From an uncultured virus (IMG/VR IMGVR_UViG_3300031992_000037) (Duplodnaviria; Heunggongvirae; Uroviricota; Caudoviricetes), in the IMG/VR virus record IMGVR_UViG_3300031992_000037: 64,000 nt of DNA; one strand, written 5' to 3'. How positions within the stretch are numbered: the first letter of the stretch is position 1; every line of letters begins with the position of its first letter. Shown piece after piece: positions 27,208 through 40,564 of this stretch. The notes beneath the pieces were generated by a model. That model saw only the letters and a program-made list of their open reading frames with translations, made no database searches and was not told where the DNA came from. Made by a program: the position numbers and the translations under genes.

Positions 27208-30200
27208 GCTAAACTATAATCAAATAAAGTTTGTATTGCCTATATAACAACTAAATCTTCTCCAGAATATCTGACTTTTACTTTGCAGACCTTATCTCTT
27301 AATCTGGTTTCTACCTATTTAGAGTATTTTAACTCACCATCTTTTAAATAAATCCATTTAAAAGATATTGGTCTGATTTCAATATTCCATAAGTCTTCAA
27401 GATATTCCATATTACCTCTAAGTCTTCCAAACTTTTTAATATTATTACCTAACTAATCAGCCCTAATTCTGTATTCATTCAATCTCTCATCATATACTAA
27501 CATAGTTTCTGATGAGTTTTCTGTATACTTATTTTCCTTAGTATCTAAAGTTCTTAGGTGTGGGATTGTGTCAGTCTAATCTTTTCCTTTCTATGTAATA
27601 GGTTCTAGTCTTTCAGCATAATGTAATCCAGGAATTTCTTCCTTTACAACTTTTAAAAATGGTAATTTTTTAATTATATATTGGTCGTTCCGATTAAATA
27701 GGTTTGGAAAATCTGAATGTAATGCTTTTAATTCCCCTAAAGTCTTGCCTAATACCTCTTTATAAGCAGCATCTATATCCTCCTGTTTATAAATCCATCC
27801 TAAAACTTGCTTGTATTCATACCATTCATAACCCTCTCCAACAACTTCAAATTCAAATTTTGCTGGCTCAGTCTTATTTGATATTATCTTTAAATTGTTA
27901 AAGATCTTCTGGATTATGGAACTCTTATTTACACAGAATTCAAAATTAAATTCATGTTGCTTACCATACCAATGAGTCGGTTTTATTTTACCCTGATTAT
28001 CATAAACTCCGCCATAACCATGTTTCCAAAGTTTTATATTATGTAAACAATCTCTTAAGGAATAATAGTCAAGACCTTCAGGCTTTATGACTTGTGTTAC
28101 TTTAATATCTGAACATTGCTATTTTCTAAGTTCACAAATTTCATACTCAACTCCTGGATCTATAACGATTAATCCGTTAGTATCAGAATATGGCTATATA
28201 ACAAAATACCACGTATTAGGGTCCAAACTTTTTTCATTGATGTTATATCCTGTGGGGACTTTTATATAATAAGTACAAACTTCAGAATCTCTAATAATTA
28301 CAGATATTTTAGAAGTTGTTTTATAAATAAGGGTCTAATGAGTAAATGACTCATCTATCTCATGTTTATTTCTTTTAATGGGGTTGATTTGGCCTAATTT
28401 GGGAATTATTATATCTGATTCTGGTAGTTCTTTATTTACATCATCCCTATCAAATGTAAACCAGATATTATCTATATTAGCAGATTCTACTGGAATCCAA
28501 TCATAAAATGTTGTAAACATCTAAGAATCCTCATTATAACATAATGACCAGTGAGTTCCATCTATCCATTTGTTAATTGAATTACGAATTTCTTCTGGAG
28601 TTGGAACCTATGATCCCTAATCTAACTCACTTTTCAGAAGTCTATTATTACCCATTAATTTGATAACATGCCCCTATTTATCTATTGGACTATCATTATA
28701 ATAGGTAAATATAATATCATGTTTAAAGTTATTATAATGAGTCTTTATATTTATATGTCCTATATATGGGGAAGTTGTAAATTCTGACATATCTAGATTA
28801 TCATTCAAAAATTTATTCAATTTATGATCTGATAAAATAGTAAATTGTCCCTAAAAATCCACTCTCCATATCTTTTTAGCAACACTATCAACACCATAAA
28901 CAAAATGTTCGGTAGCTAGTATAGAATCTTTCCAAATAGAACCATAATCTTTAGTAATCATCTAAAGATTTATTGGGAGATATTCATAAACAGATTGCCC
29001 ATTCTAAATAGTTAAAACACCTAACCCATGAGAATAAACCACTAAAACAAACTGGGGAGTTGCAACAAGCTTCTAAATACTTCCGCATTCTTTAGAATAA
29101 TCTCTATAAGCTCTTTCTAAAATTTCCTTAAACTCATTAGTAATACTATCTGCAGAATCCCTTAAAGATGTAAATATTCTTGTAAAATATTCCTATTTAA
29201 GAAATGGCACATCAGGAAATAAGATATAATTCTTATCAGGTATTGATATTGATGCAGCCTGATTAATTACATTTGAATCCCGCTGTGGACTAAAAGGATT
29301 AAATTTAGTCAGAGGATAAAAGCTTCTCCGTTTATTAAACGATGCCTATTCAGTTGCATTTGAAAAATCTTCATCTCTAAAAGAGATATTTTTATTAGAA
29401 CATATCGGAAGTGTAATCCACTACCCAAGAGCTACAGCATTGACATCGGCTCTGTTTATAGATGATAATCCATGTAATTCCCAAGCATCATCAGCTTTAA
29501 ATATAGCTTTAAGATTAAATCCACCAGAAGATTCCTATTCTTTTGGATTAAGTTTCTTCTTTAAAGCTCTACCTCTATCAGTTTTATTTACATGTACCTC
29601 AAAAGCTTTTACAATTTCATTTGACATCCCGTTTGGATAATATTTCTTTACCCAATCTGGAAGACTATTTTTATATTGAATTTCATCATCTTCTAAATCA
29701 CCAAAATCCTCTTCAGGGGTCGGTGTTAGTGGTATATCCTGTTCATTATTTAAATCTAGGCCTGATAATTTTTTTATTTTATCTTCATTCATTCCAAGAT
29801 TTTTAAGACTTATAAATGCACCTATAATACTTCCAGTACATATTAAAGCCGCAAAAGTTCCCCAATCAACAGTTTTCTTTGTGGGATCTTCTAAATACCA
29901 GCCCTAAGAATCTTTAATAAGATTATTGTGTGCTGATAATAAAATCTCTGAAGTACATCTTACACCGTAATTAGCTCGCCAACAAGATGGATCTACAATC
30001 TAATGATTAGTAGGAAGTTCTGGATCTATAAAATTTCTAAACATTCTATGAGTAAAGAAAGTTGTAAAACAATCACCTCTAAAACATGTTATAGAGTTAT
30101 TCACTAAATCCGAAACATTTATCCTATGTGATATGGAATGGTATGCATTTAAATTATTAAACTATGATTTAAAGTGCTATGTTAAAGCCTCTGGATATTG

Positions 30201-32318
30201 GAAATTTTCTTTCTTAATATTAACAATATCATAGCAAGTAAAGGGATTATCACTTAATCCAACAAATGCACCCCAATTACCTCTAATAAGAGTGGTACTT
30301 TCTGTAAGGTCTTGTGGTAAAGTCCATCTCCACGCATGTTCAACATCGGCAGTTTTATAAGGCTCAGATTCATTACCTACTCTAGTTGCAAAATAATTAG
30401 TTCCATCTGTAATAGTTGCTAAATCTTCTGGAACATTTGTCAATTTAACAACTCCTCCCAAATGTGCCTCATCAGGAACTAGGCTAGTAGTTAATAATTG
30501 CTGATCATTGTTACTAGCTGTAACTTTACAATTTCCAACTCTTTCTAACCAATAATCATTTGAGCAGAATAACTAATTAAATGTAGCTTCAGATAATTCC
30601 GCATCTGGCATAATCATTGCGTTGTTAGATACATTTGAATTAGAAATATTAACAAATGTACCTCTAGATCTTAGAGATCTGTCTGGAGCCAAAAATGATT
30701 GAGCTATATATTTTAGTCCCCTCTATAGAACTGGGATTGATCCATGATATCTATCAGTCAATCCAACAATCATACCCTATCCCAAGATAGTTGGAACTCT
30801 TTTTTGACGTACAAAAAAGAATCCCATAATATGGTGTTTTTTGAAAATTGCCTGAATATCTTTCCAACTATTAGTATTAGATTTGTCACCAACTACTGGG
30901 ATAAATTTCTCAGTCCCATAAGTATCTGTCTGTATCTGTTTTAAATTTATATAGGAAAAATCAAATTTAATACCCAATGGTTTTGATATTAACTATCCAT
31001 TTTTTAATTCATAGGCGTTTCTTTTTGGAAAATGAATCACACCTTTAGAATTAAATCTTCCTTCTTTATTAAAGAAATAACTATCATTCTCCTATATACT
31101 TGATAAATCATCTGATTCATTTTCAGAATTTCCTGGTTGATATTCATGTTGATAGCCATCAGTATTAAAGAACTTTTTATACCATTGAGAATCTTCTTTA
31201 TATTCATCTAAATCACATCCCTAAATATTAAAGACAGGACTCAGACTGTTATCATCAAAAACATAAACAATGCCAAACCTATAAACTTCGTCGGGCCAAT
31301 ATCCAACTGAATTATATACATTCTTTACATTATAATAATTTGTGGATTTTTCATATCCCTCATAAATATGATCCTGATAATTAACCACATTTAAAGATCC
31401 AACATCATCCGTTGGTTGATAGATAGTTGGAATAATCTTCCATGACATAGCCTTTAGTGCGGGCCAATCATGTTCAGCTTTAGATACATTTCCAAATAAT
31501 AATAAGTCCTAATGAATTGCCTGGGTTTTTACTGAGTTTATATCTGCTAAATCTGTATAAAACTCTTCCGCAGATGTTCCAACAATTGATTCGTTACCAG
31601 TAATATTTATAACACAGGTTCCCTTATAAACAGGATAATCATAAAGAACCTTACTATAAGTAGTTACAGCTGCCTAGTCACTTCCAGAGGAACTTCTTGC
31701 ATATAAGACATGAACATAATCAAACCCAGCATCGATGTTAGATAGTATAAACGAAACGGATTTATTAGATGATTCATCCTCTAATCCCATTCTAGCTGTA
31801 TTAGAATCGTTAACTTCACCAATATGAAGTTGTACAACTCCAGATTCCTAACAAACCTCGGTTTCATTTCCATCAACATCCGCTAATTTAAAATAGAAGG
31901 AATAAGAACCGACAGGTAGTTTTCCAGTATTGTTGGAAATCCCATCAAATTTTAAAGTGGGAATAGAATTGTAAATAGCTTTTAATCTTGTATCTACATC
32001 AAATGTTTTTGAATCATATACATTTGAATCTTTAAAACCATAATGGTCTGGGATTAAATATTCAGAATCATTCTAAACAGAAAATCTAGAATTTATGAGT
32101 CTTGGGGGATTTTTATCATCATTTAAAAGTAAATTAACAGCTCCATCATAAGCATCCTGAATAAGTATATCAACAGGATGCTCCATATCAAAATTTAATT
32201 TATCTGTAGTAAAATCAGATAGATTTCTATTCTCATCTATTAAATTTTTTAATGGCTGGTAGGCATTAATTAACTTTCCCTTACTCTTAATCTAACCTGT
32301 GTATAAAGATAGTTTCAT
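27204..32318 (-). CDS. Large tail protein (muzzle/tail-stabilisation-like, ~1704 aa)
   Basis: ATG 32318, TGA 27204; five ORF-track fragments in one frame. YWPDEVYRFGIVYVF and C-terminal RLRDKVCKVKVRYSG resemble crAss-like tail proteins; synteny. Confidence 0.7.
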
Positions 32319-32345
32319 TTTATTTAAATTTTTTTATCCCACTTT

Positions 32346-35261
32346 TTATTTTTCTCTCCGCACAATACCCTAAATAAGCTACATCCTTATTAATCTTATA
32401 AATTTATCAAACTAGTCATCTTTAGAAAGATCTATATCATCTTTGGATCTGCTAGTAATAGTCAATTCTGATCTCTTTGAGTTCGCAAATTCATACCATC
32501 CGATGCATTTATACTTAGGATTATTTGGGTAATGCTTAAAATCATATGTATAATTAAAACAGCTTTGGGATTCTTTAAAACAGATAGCAGAAATTAATAT
32601 AGGAGGTTTCCCATCATTAATTCTATAAATTCCAACATTACTAAAATATCCTGAATCAGTGACTTTAATCGTCACGTCCTAATTATCAGTTAATTTAACT
32701 GTGTCTCCATTTTCTCCAACCGTTGAGCCATCTAGATTTATTACAGTTACGCCTTTTCCGTTTATATTTATATAATAGTCTCCTGCAGTAATTTTTCCTA
32801 ATATTTTCTTAGTTACTTTAGTGCTATCTTTATCATAATTATTTTTAATAGTTAGGACACGATCAGTATAGGTACCTGGATCAGATGCATAAAATTCAAA
32901 ACCAGTTGAATAATCTACATTAACTTCACTTCCCATTATATCTACTTCAGGTTTTGCCGCTGATGTAGAAACAAATTGTAAAGGAATTTTATAATTTGAC
33001 TGACCAGAAACAGGTGCATTTATTGTTGTGTTTAGGGCCATATTTAGGAAGGCAAACCAGGTATATGCATACTAAACCCTAATCTTTATATCGAAAAATT
33101 GTTTTATAGAGGTGTTTGATGGATTAAATGTAAATGTAATTGGGGCATAAACTATTTTAAAATCATTATAATTAATTATCTTTAAATTTTCTCCAGATAC
33201 TGTAATATCAAATTCAGTACAGTCTAGTTCCTACGCATTACTTTGGAATGGAGATGCGATAATAGACGGGTACGCGATAATAATTGGATTATATGTGCTC
33301 CTAATTGAAATTTCCACATTTGGAAATAAATAAGATGCACCTATATTAAACTCTTTTTTAAAAAGTTGTACTTTTATCGTTTTATAGCGATCAACTTTCT
33401 TAGGATCATATTCATCAACATTACCGTTGGAATAATTCCGAACACCACCATTTCTATCCTAAATAAAAACATTATTTGATTTAGGGCTAAGTTGCGTCTC
33501 AGTCTCATCTTTTTTTATCCAGACCTCATAACCACCTGCATCGGAGGTTAAATATAAAACCTGCTTAACAATATCTCCCCAGTTATTTTGCTCATCAAAT
33601 AATTTATCTACTTTATCATGTTTGTTATTGTATATCGGAGTATTTAGAATATCCAAAAAATCAGATCCCCAATCTACTTGTGACTAAATTAAATTTTTAA
33701 CACGGGCCTCCATCAACCCAATATTACCCTAGTCTAAATTTATAGATATATTAGTTGGCATCCCAATATTCTTAGGTATAGTTTTAAAAAATTCAGCAAC
33801 TGCTCCATTTTCTCCACCTAAATTTATAGTGGTGTTATTATACTTTTCATCGAGCTGCATCTAAGATGTCCTATTACCATAAAATCCGCAATCATAAGTA
33901 GTTTCACCACCCTATGTTCCATTTTCAATTATAATTCTAGGCTATTCTTCAGATGTTACATATGCAAAACCAGGTAAATAACCCACATACTCATTTGGAT
34001 CTTTATATAATCCAAGCTAAGCGTTATATATGTTAGTATCTTGTGGTATTATATTATCATTTATAATATCATAAGGATTTTCATCTGGATTATAAGCATT
34101 TAAATACTAATACTAAATATCGTCAGGATATATAGTAACATCTTCAGACAACTATATTAATGGATTGTATGAAAATCTCTGAATTCCGAGATATATCTTT
34201 TCACCATCTTTAGGAACATAACAATCCATTTCAATTTTACAAGTCAAATCGTAAACATTATTAGAATCAGGAATGTTAAATGTAAAGCCTTCATTAACTT
34301 CTTTATATCCAACATGTCCCCCTCTATTAACAATACTTCTAACAGTCCATTTTATATACGTGTTAAATGGATTATTTTCTGGGATAGTATCTGGTTCAGA
34401 TTTTATAGTTATTATATAGTTATTGTCAGTCTTTTCAAAAGTCGGCTAGTTAATTCCAGATGTATCTTTTTTATGAAGTATATTTTCTGGAAGATTAAGT
34501 GATATACCAATACCTAATTTACCATTTGGAATATTAGGATATTTCTGGTATTGATCATGTTCTGGTTTGTTATCAGAACTAGTAGAAAACCAATAACTAG
34601 TTTCTTTTAATGGGGGTATCACAACATCTATAATATCTCCATTAGCAGTCTAGGATTTTAAAACAACATTATACATCCCATCATTGTTGCATTTTCCATT
34701 CTCATCGAATGTAGAAAAGTATGGAAATCCTTCCTAAGATATCCCAAAGGTTAATTCTGTGCTGGGATCTGAATATATAATTGGATAGAAAACATCTCCA
34801 ATTTTAAGAATTTCATCAGAGAATTTGATAAAAGATTTAAGCTATCCGAAATATTGTTTATTATCTTTGACCTATATATTATTGTTTGATATATCTGTAA
34901 TGTATGTAATTTGGTCTATTTCTTTGTTAGAAACGTCAGAATCATTAAAATCTGAAGTAATTAAAGGACTTGGAATAGTTCCCAATTCACAAACCCCATC
35001 TTTATTTAGTGATGCTATATATAAAATTCCACCATGCTCTTTCATACCTACGGGAACAAATCCATCAGATAATCCCATAACATTACCTGTTACAGAATCT
35101 TGGATCATTGTATTACCCATATCATTCTATAACAGCATTTCATTTCCATTAAAAGTTAAAAGGGTTGCATTTAAGGCATCTGATAAGGAATTTTCACTCT
35201 GAGTCAGTGCATTGCTGTCGGTCATCAGACCGTCTGAGAAAACATTTATGGTACTTTCCAT
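32346..35261 (-). CDS. Tail protein (971 aa) with crAss-type tail-stabilisation N-terminus
   Basis: ATG 35261, TAA 32346; N-terminus NVFSDGLMTD...DALNATLLTFNGNEMLLQNDMGN; four ORF fragments in frame. Confidence 0.65.
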
Positions 35262-35763
35262 ACTAATTCTTTCCTATATATTCTGCTGTTTGTGATGTTA
35301 ACTTTTCAGTATAAAATTTAAATCCACAATCTATTGGATACTAAATTTTCCAAATATGTTTATATACTTTATTATGGTACAGCTCCTTAAGAATTTTTGT
35401 GGGAAATACATTTTTAAAAGTTTTTGTTTTTCCCTATCTTAAAATTTGTTTATGCTATTCATCAGTTAATCCTATATAATAACATCCATCCCACTTCTAT
35501 TTAGTAAGAGTGTAAAGAACTCGCTCTTTTAATGAATATTTACGTATCCATCTTTTATAATGTGTGAATGTATCATATCCTAGCGGACCGGTGTGAATAA
35601 CTATTGGATCATTTGTTTTTTTAATTAGTACATCTGCCCCATAAATATTTGAATATGCATATGCCTTTAAACCATAATCAATTATTTCTTTTAATTCTTT
35701 CTTACAAAGTTCCGGAAAATATTTTTGAAGTTCTTCTATATAATCTTTAGATTCTTTTACCAT
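35194..35763 (-). CDS. Basic protein of the crAss tail region (possibly IHF/HU-like)
   Basis: Extends ORF 35497-35763 through TAGs to TGA at 35194, overlapping the next gene by 68 nt, so the 3' end is uncertain. Confidence 0.5.
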
Positions 35764-36200
35764 CCGACACCCATATTAGTTAATTCTGTAATTCTATCTT
35801 TATATGGCTTAGATACATGAATTAATTTTCTTCTAGTTCTATATCTATTTTTATATCTAAAATATAACTAGTATCCAGTAAAATTAGATGTTAGAAAATC
35901 AACATCTTCAAAAGCTCCATTTTGTCTAGCCCTTACAAAATCATCTCCTTTAATAGGAACCATTTCTATCCAAGCACCCTTATAAGGTAACTTAAACGTA
36001 GTTCTATTTTCAATTATATCTTTTATAACAATAGACATAAACTATGCAAATATTTTGCCTAAAAGTCTATATCTATTTTCTGATCCCAAAATTCTTGGAT
36101 TAACACTTAGGGTATGATTATCAAAATAATTAATATATAAATCTTTTGGAGTTAATGCATATTGAGTTGCCCAATATATTCCATTTTTGACATCTACCAT
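35757..36200 (-). CDS. Basic protein of the crAss tail region (possibly IHF/HU-like, ~147 aa)
   Basis: Open under code 15 from ATG 36200 to TAA 35757: KDIIENRTTFKLP...ARQNGAFEDVDFLTSNFTGYQLYF. The ATG abuts a promoter motif. Confidence 0.55.
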
Positions 36201-36209
36201 ACAAATATA
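36198..36209 (-). promoter_or_regulatory. Bacteroidota-type -7 promoter element (TATATTTGTATG)
   Basis: Identical to the 25309-25320 motif, at the edge of an AT-rich gap. Confidence 0.6.
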
Positions 36210-36272
36210 ATATAATTTAATTATTTAAGAAATTAAAATATAAAAAATCTTAAAATTTAAATCTATTTAAAG

Positions 36273-36974
36273 TTATCTTAAAGGTTTAGTAGACCTTCCA
36301 TACATATGTCTATCATGAGAAGTCATAACATCAAGTATATCATTTAAATCATTTTGCGACATCGGCCGCATTCTAGCCTATGTACATTGTTTAAGCCAAT
36401 CGGCTTTTAAAAGTTGAGCCATTTTTATTGTGTTTCCATCTTTAGTTGCCAAACCCTATCTATAAAACCAACAATAGGCACAGTATGTAGCAATTGCCTC
36501 AACTTCAGACTCTGTTAAATATGGAAGACCATCAGAATCCTACATCTATTGTTTATAGAGGATATTTAGTACACCATAAGGTTCAGAAAAATAAAGCTTA
36601 TCTCCCACCTAACGATATTTTACTAATTTACCTGGAATATATAAATTATTTTTAAAATGTTTAGATCTCTCGATTTCCTCTTCTATAGGTTGCGCGTAGG
36701 CCAATTTATGATTATTAATTGTATCCACAGTTTTAACATCCTCAAACTGAGTTGTAACAGCCTCCACTTCAAAAACATCACATGGAAGCTAAATTACCCA
36801 ATTCTTATCACAATCTAATTGTGGATGTAGTTGAATTACTTTTGGCACAATATTTGCATTGCCGATTTTTCTATAGGCATTTATAGCAAAGTTTTCAAAG
36901 GTATCTTCATCCAACTCAACTCCATATAAATCATATAGAGTACTTAATGCTGTATAAAATGGATATAATTTCAT
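36273..36974 (-). CDS. Tail ring/tubular protein (233 aa)
   Basis: ATG 36974, TAA 36273; DSDGLPYLTESEVEAIATYCAY resembles crAss ring proteins; synteny. Confidence 0.6.
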
Positions 36975-37648
36975 CGCGGTACCTAATTATTTGGCTAAGG
37001 CTGTTGATATAACTATCTATAATACTATATGTACTTTTTAATTAAAGTATCTTTAACTTCTGTATCTATCCAAGATTGATTGACATAATTTTCCAAATCA
37101 GTCTAACAACAGACATATTCTTCTAAATCTCTTAAATCCTTAAAAATAGCCTAAACTGTTAAATACTCCAAAAATGGAGCATTGAAAAGATAACAATCTA
37201 ATTTATTATTTTCATTTGGAGTTACATCTATATATACATATGGTTTATTACCTCCCCTAATTTTATAAGAGTGATATTTAAAAACTGTGGGGTCTGTATA
37301 TACTTTAAATTTAACTTTCTTATCAGTGGAACCTATAAATAAGATCGAAGCATCTTTTGCATCTAAGAATATCTGCGGAATTTCAAAATGAAGTTGTGGA
37401 TTATGCATCTCACTATTACAACACTTTGATAAATCCTTACAATCTGTTTCAATACAATTTAAACTATAATACAAATCTTTTTTAGGCAGCTGATTCTAGG
37501 CTGCATACTTTTTCATCACAAATAATCTAGTTTCTACAAACTCATCCTCCAACTATTGTAATGAAATATTCATATTTGCGGTAAATCCCTCAAGACCTCC
37601 GACTATGCTATTATAAATAGCAGAACTAACTTTAGATAATACTCCCAT
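36971..37648 (-). CDS. Putative ring/neck protein (225 aa)
   Basis: ATG 37648, TGA 36971 (ATGA overlap); includes ORF 37151-37474. Confidence 0.6.
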
Positions 37649-37649
37649 A

Positions 37650-37686
37650 TAAAAGAAATTGCGGGCGGATATTCTCCGTCCGCAAT
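37650..37686 (-). terminator. Rho-independent terminator
   Basis: Minus-strand stem attgcggacgga / tccgcccgcaat (one mismatch) followed by TTCTTTTA, downstream of 37702-38865. Confidence 0.75.
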
Positions 37687-37701
37687 ATTAAAGGTTTATA
37701 A

Positions 37702-38865
37702 TTAAGAATTCTGATCTACTGTATCATCCTCAGGATTTTCAGAATCACCTGCCGGATCTTCTTGAGATTTCACAACAACCTCAGTAAAATCATCTGGAGT
37801 GTTAACGGCCTCATCAATAGCACTGGTTGCATTATCTGCTCCTAATGCCGTTTGTGCATTGACTAGAACTGTGTCAGTTGGAAGAGTATTTCCCAGATTT
37901 ACAGTATCAGAATCGGCCTGAGCTATTGTATCAGTGGTTTGATCATGATTCTCAATTACGACTAAATCACCACCAATAAGCTCCTTCAAAGCTGCTTCAA
38001 ATGCTTCAGATGGTGATGAGGCTGTATCACATGTACAAGTATCATCTTTACGTACCCAGAAAACAAAGGTAGTCAAACTATGATCAATACTACCCATAAC
38101 CTGATGGCCTATATGACGACGTTCAACAACTGTTTCAATAGTATATTGATCATACAGAGCTCCTGGAATTGGTTTAGCAAGATTATCTTGACCGTTATAA
38201 GGATTAACATTCTCCAATGTAGGAAGTTTAACATTATTGATTAGATATTCTGCTGTGCCAGTACCTACAGAACCTGCATTCACTATAGTAAAAATACTTG
38301 TAAGTTTTGTAAACTTATTATAACCAGTAACTGCTGAACCATTGTTGGATGGAACATTGTTAAGATCAAGAACAACGGCATCTTTAAAACGTACATAACG
38401 ATCACGTCCCTCAAGTGTAATGATAGTGCCGCTCAAGCTTGCTGAAAACATCTCATTATTATTCATTGAGAAAACTCGGAGCATTTGATCATATACGCTC
38501 TAAGCAATCTGAGTATCAGTGCCTTCGCCCTCAAAGAAATATTCCTTAACGTGGTTTAAATATGCATCATTAACTTCTGCCGAAATTCTTTCTGGATCTA
38601 AACCAAGTTTTAAGATTACTCTAACTCTATTTGAAGGAATGTTTGAAAAGTCTAGGGTAGCCTTAGCTTTAACCGGATGAACTGCACGTCTAACTGATGC
38701 AGTTATTATATCTTTCTTACGTAGATTAACCAGATTGTCTATATATAAAACTGAACCATCTGACGAAAGAACATATTTTAAATCAGTTTTTAAACTAGCA
38801 CCGGTACCAGCTTTCAATCGACCCTTATTGTCGTTAATTATAAATTCTCTTGTAAATTGAAACAT
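37702..38865 (-). CDS. Putative auxiliary capsid/structural protein (387 aa) with acidic C-terminal tail
   Basis: ORFs 38500-38865 and 37702-38484 are in frame and joined by one TAG (38500-38502); followed by a terminator. Confidence 0.65.
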
Positions 38866-38892
38866 TATTCAAAAAATTTAAAAGTAAAAATC

Positions 38893-39660
38893 TTATTTCT
38901 GAGGAACTGTTTGGTTGGTTGCAATAAAAGTCTGCAACCTATTATCCTTAGCATTTTCCAAACATGTTGTTACAATCTCCTTAATTATTTCATATATAAC
39001 ATAATCAGGAAATTCTAACTGTTGTGTTTCATCCTCAACCGAATCTAAATCATCTACACTCAAGCTCACATATTCAGGAGCTCTTAAGTAGTCTATATAT
39101 ACATGTTCTAATTCGTATCTAGAATCATTTCCAACTTTAATCTCCATAACAGGTTGTTTATAATTACCATAACGGGTACCTGTCTATTTATCAACATCTT
39201 TTGTCGGCTTAAAGATTTCAGTTGGTTCATCTATATTCATTATGTAATAGTATGGCTATCTAACTGATGGACGCATATAATAATTCGATATCACAGATGG
39301 CCATTTATTTGTATCTAATTTATGTGCCCCAACTTTAATTTGAGTTTTTTTATCACACTAATCATAATCTGATGGTTTAAATACACATAAACAGTTTAAA
39401 ATATGTACATAATCTTCAGGCAGTGAGCACTTATAATCTCCATTGGACCGTGTAAGACTAGGTGTAAGTTCCGTTGATTTTGTAAGCACTCTTAGATCAT
39501 CTGTTAATTGCTAATTAACTTCAAATAAGTTATATCTCTTATTGAAGTATTGCTAAATGCACTTATTAAACAAGTATACAAAATCATCCAACAATAATGC
39601 CGGAGCTTGTACCTTGTTTAATTCTATAAGCACATTTTCATATACGCGTCTTATTTGCAT
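38893..39660 (-). CDS. Conserved structural (ring/neck-like) protein (255 aa)
   Basis: ATG 39660, MQIRRVYENVLIELNKVQAPALLLDDF, to TAA 38893; C-terminal DYLRAPEYV...LEFPDYVIYEI. Confidence 0.65.
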
Positions 39661-40508
39661 TATTTTTTATTTTTATCAGTATTCTTTTCTAATTCCGGGA
39701 AGGTTTCACGCTGAATTAATTGTTTAACCTGCACATTGTCCGGATTTGATAAATATGCTATAGCAGCATCAAAACTTGCCCCAAGAACAATATCATCAGT
39801 ATAACAGATAAGACCGTCCCTCTTAGTTACCACTTTATTATCTAAAGCCGTAACAAGTAAAAGTCTAATGGCAGTACCACTTCCTGTATACAAATCTATG
39901 ATTTTTTCTGGATATTTTTCGGCTTGTGTTAACATATAATCCTCAGCATCACTAGCATTAGATCTTGAGAGATCTTTCTCTAACAATTTAGCTTTTTGAA
40001 TCCACCCTTCAAGATTGTCATTATAGATGAAGTTCTGAGCTTTGTTAACCAGTTTTCTAAAGTCATTCTTAGTTTGGGAAATGATGCCCGGATGGTCTAC
40101 ATATAAATCAGCCAATCCAACAGCCTGTAAAACTACACCATTTTCTGTTTTATATGGCTTTGAACCATCAATAACGTAATCACCTTTACTATTTTTAGCT
40201 AAGCGATCTGGAGCTATCAAACTTGAATTTTTAATTGCTTCCCATGTGGCTTTTTGAGTAGGAATGCTAAGATTAAAAGTTTGACCATGTTTAACTTCAA
40301 TTAAATCATTACGGCCAATAAACACTTTTCCCTTTGAACGAGCTTTCTTATCCTCCTCAGAAAGGATTAATACCCTATTTGCATCTCGATCTCTAACGCA
40401 ATCTGGATAATCTCCAGTTTCAGGATCGATACAAGGTTGAATGAAAAATGACTATTCAGGTGTTCTGCTATAAACACTTTTTAAAACTATAATATTTGAA
40501 TCTACCAT
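39660..40508 (-). CDS. Conserved crAss protein immediately downstream of the major capsid gene (282 aa)
   Basis: ATG 40508; one TAG (40452-40454) extends ORF 39660-40325. Confidence 0.7.
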
Positions 40509-40532
40509 ATTATTACATTAATTCATAAACAT

Positions 40533-40563
40533 TTTATAAAAGAGGGGAAGTTATCCCCTCTTT
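40533..40563 (-). terminator. Rho-independent terminator after the major capsid gene
   Basis: Perfect inverted repeat aaagagggga (40539-40548) / tcccctcttt (40554-40563) directly after the capsid stop codon. Confidence 0.8.
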
Positions 40564-40564
40564 A

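Noticed and set aside
35263..35265. TAG possibly acting as a true stop for the gene starting at 35763, just before the next ATG
   Set aside because: Cannot be distinguished from readthrough to TGA 35194 without homologues; the other traced ends use TAA or TGA.
1..36000. Massive pseudogenisation suggested by short ORF fragments
   Set aside because: Fragments stay in frame, interruptions are TAG, and catalytic motifs are intact. Recoding explains it.
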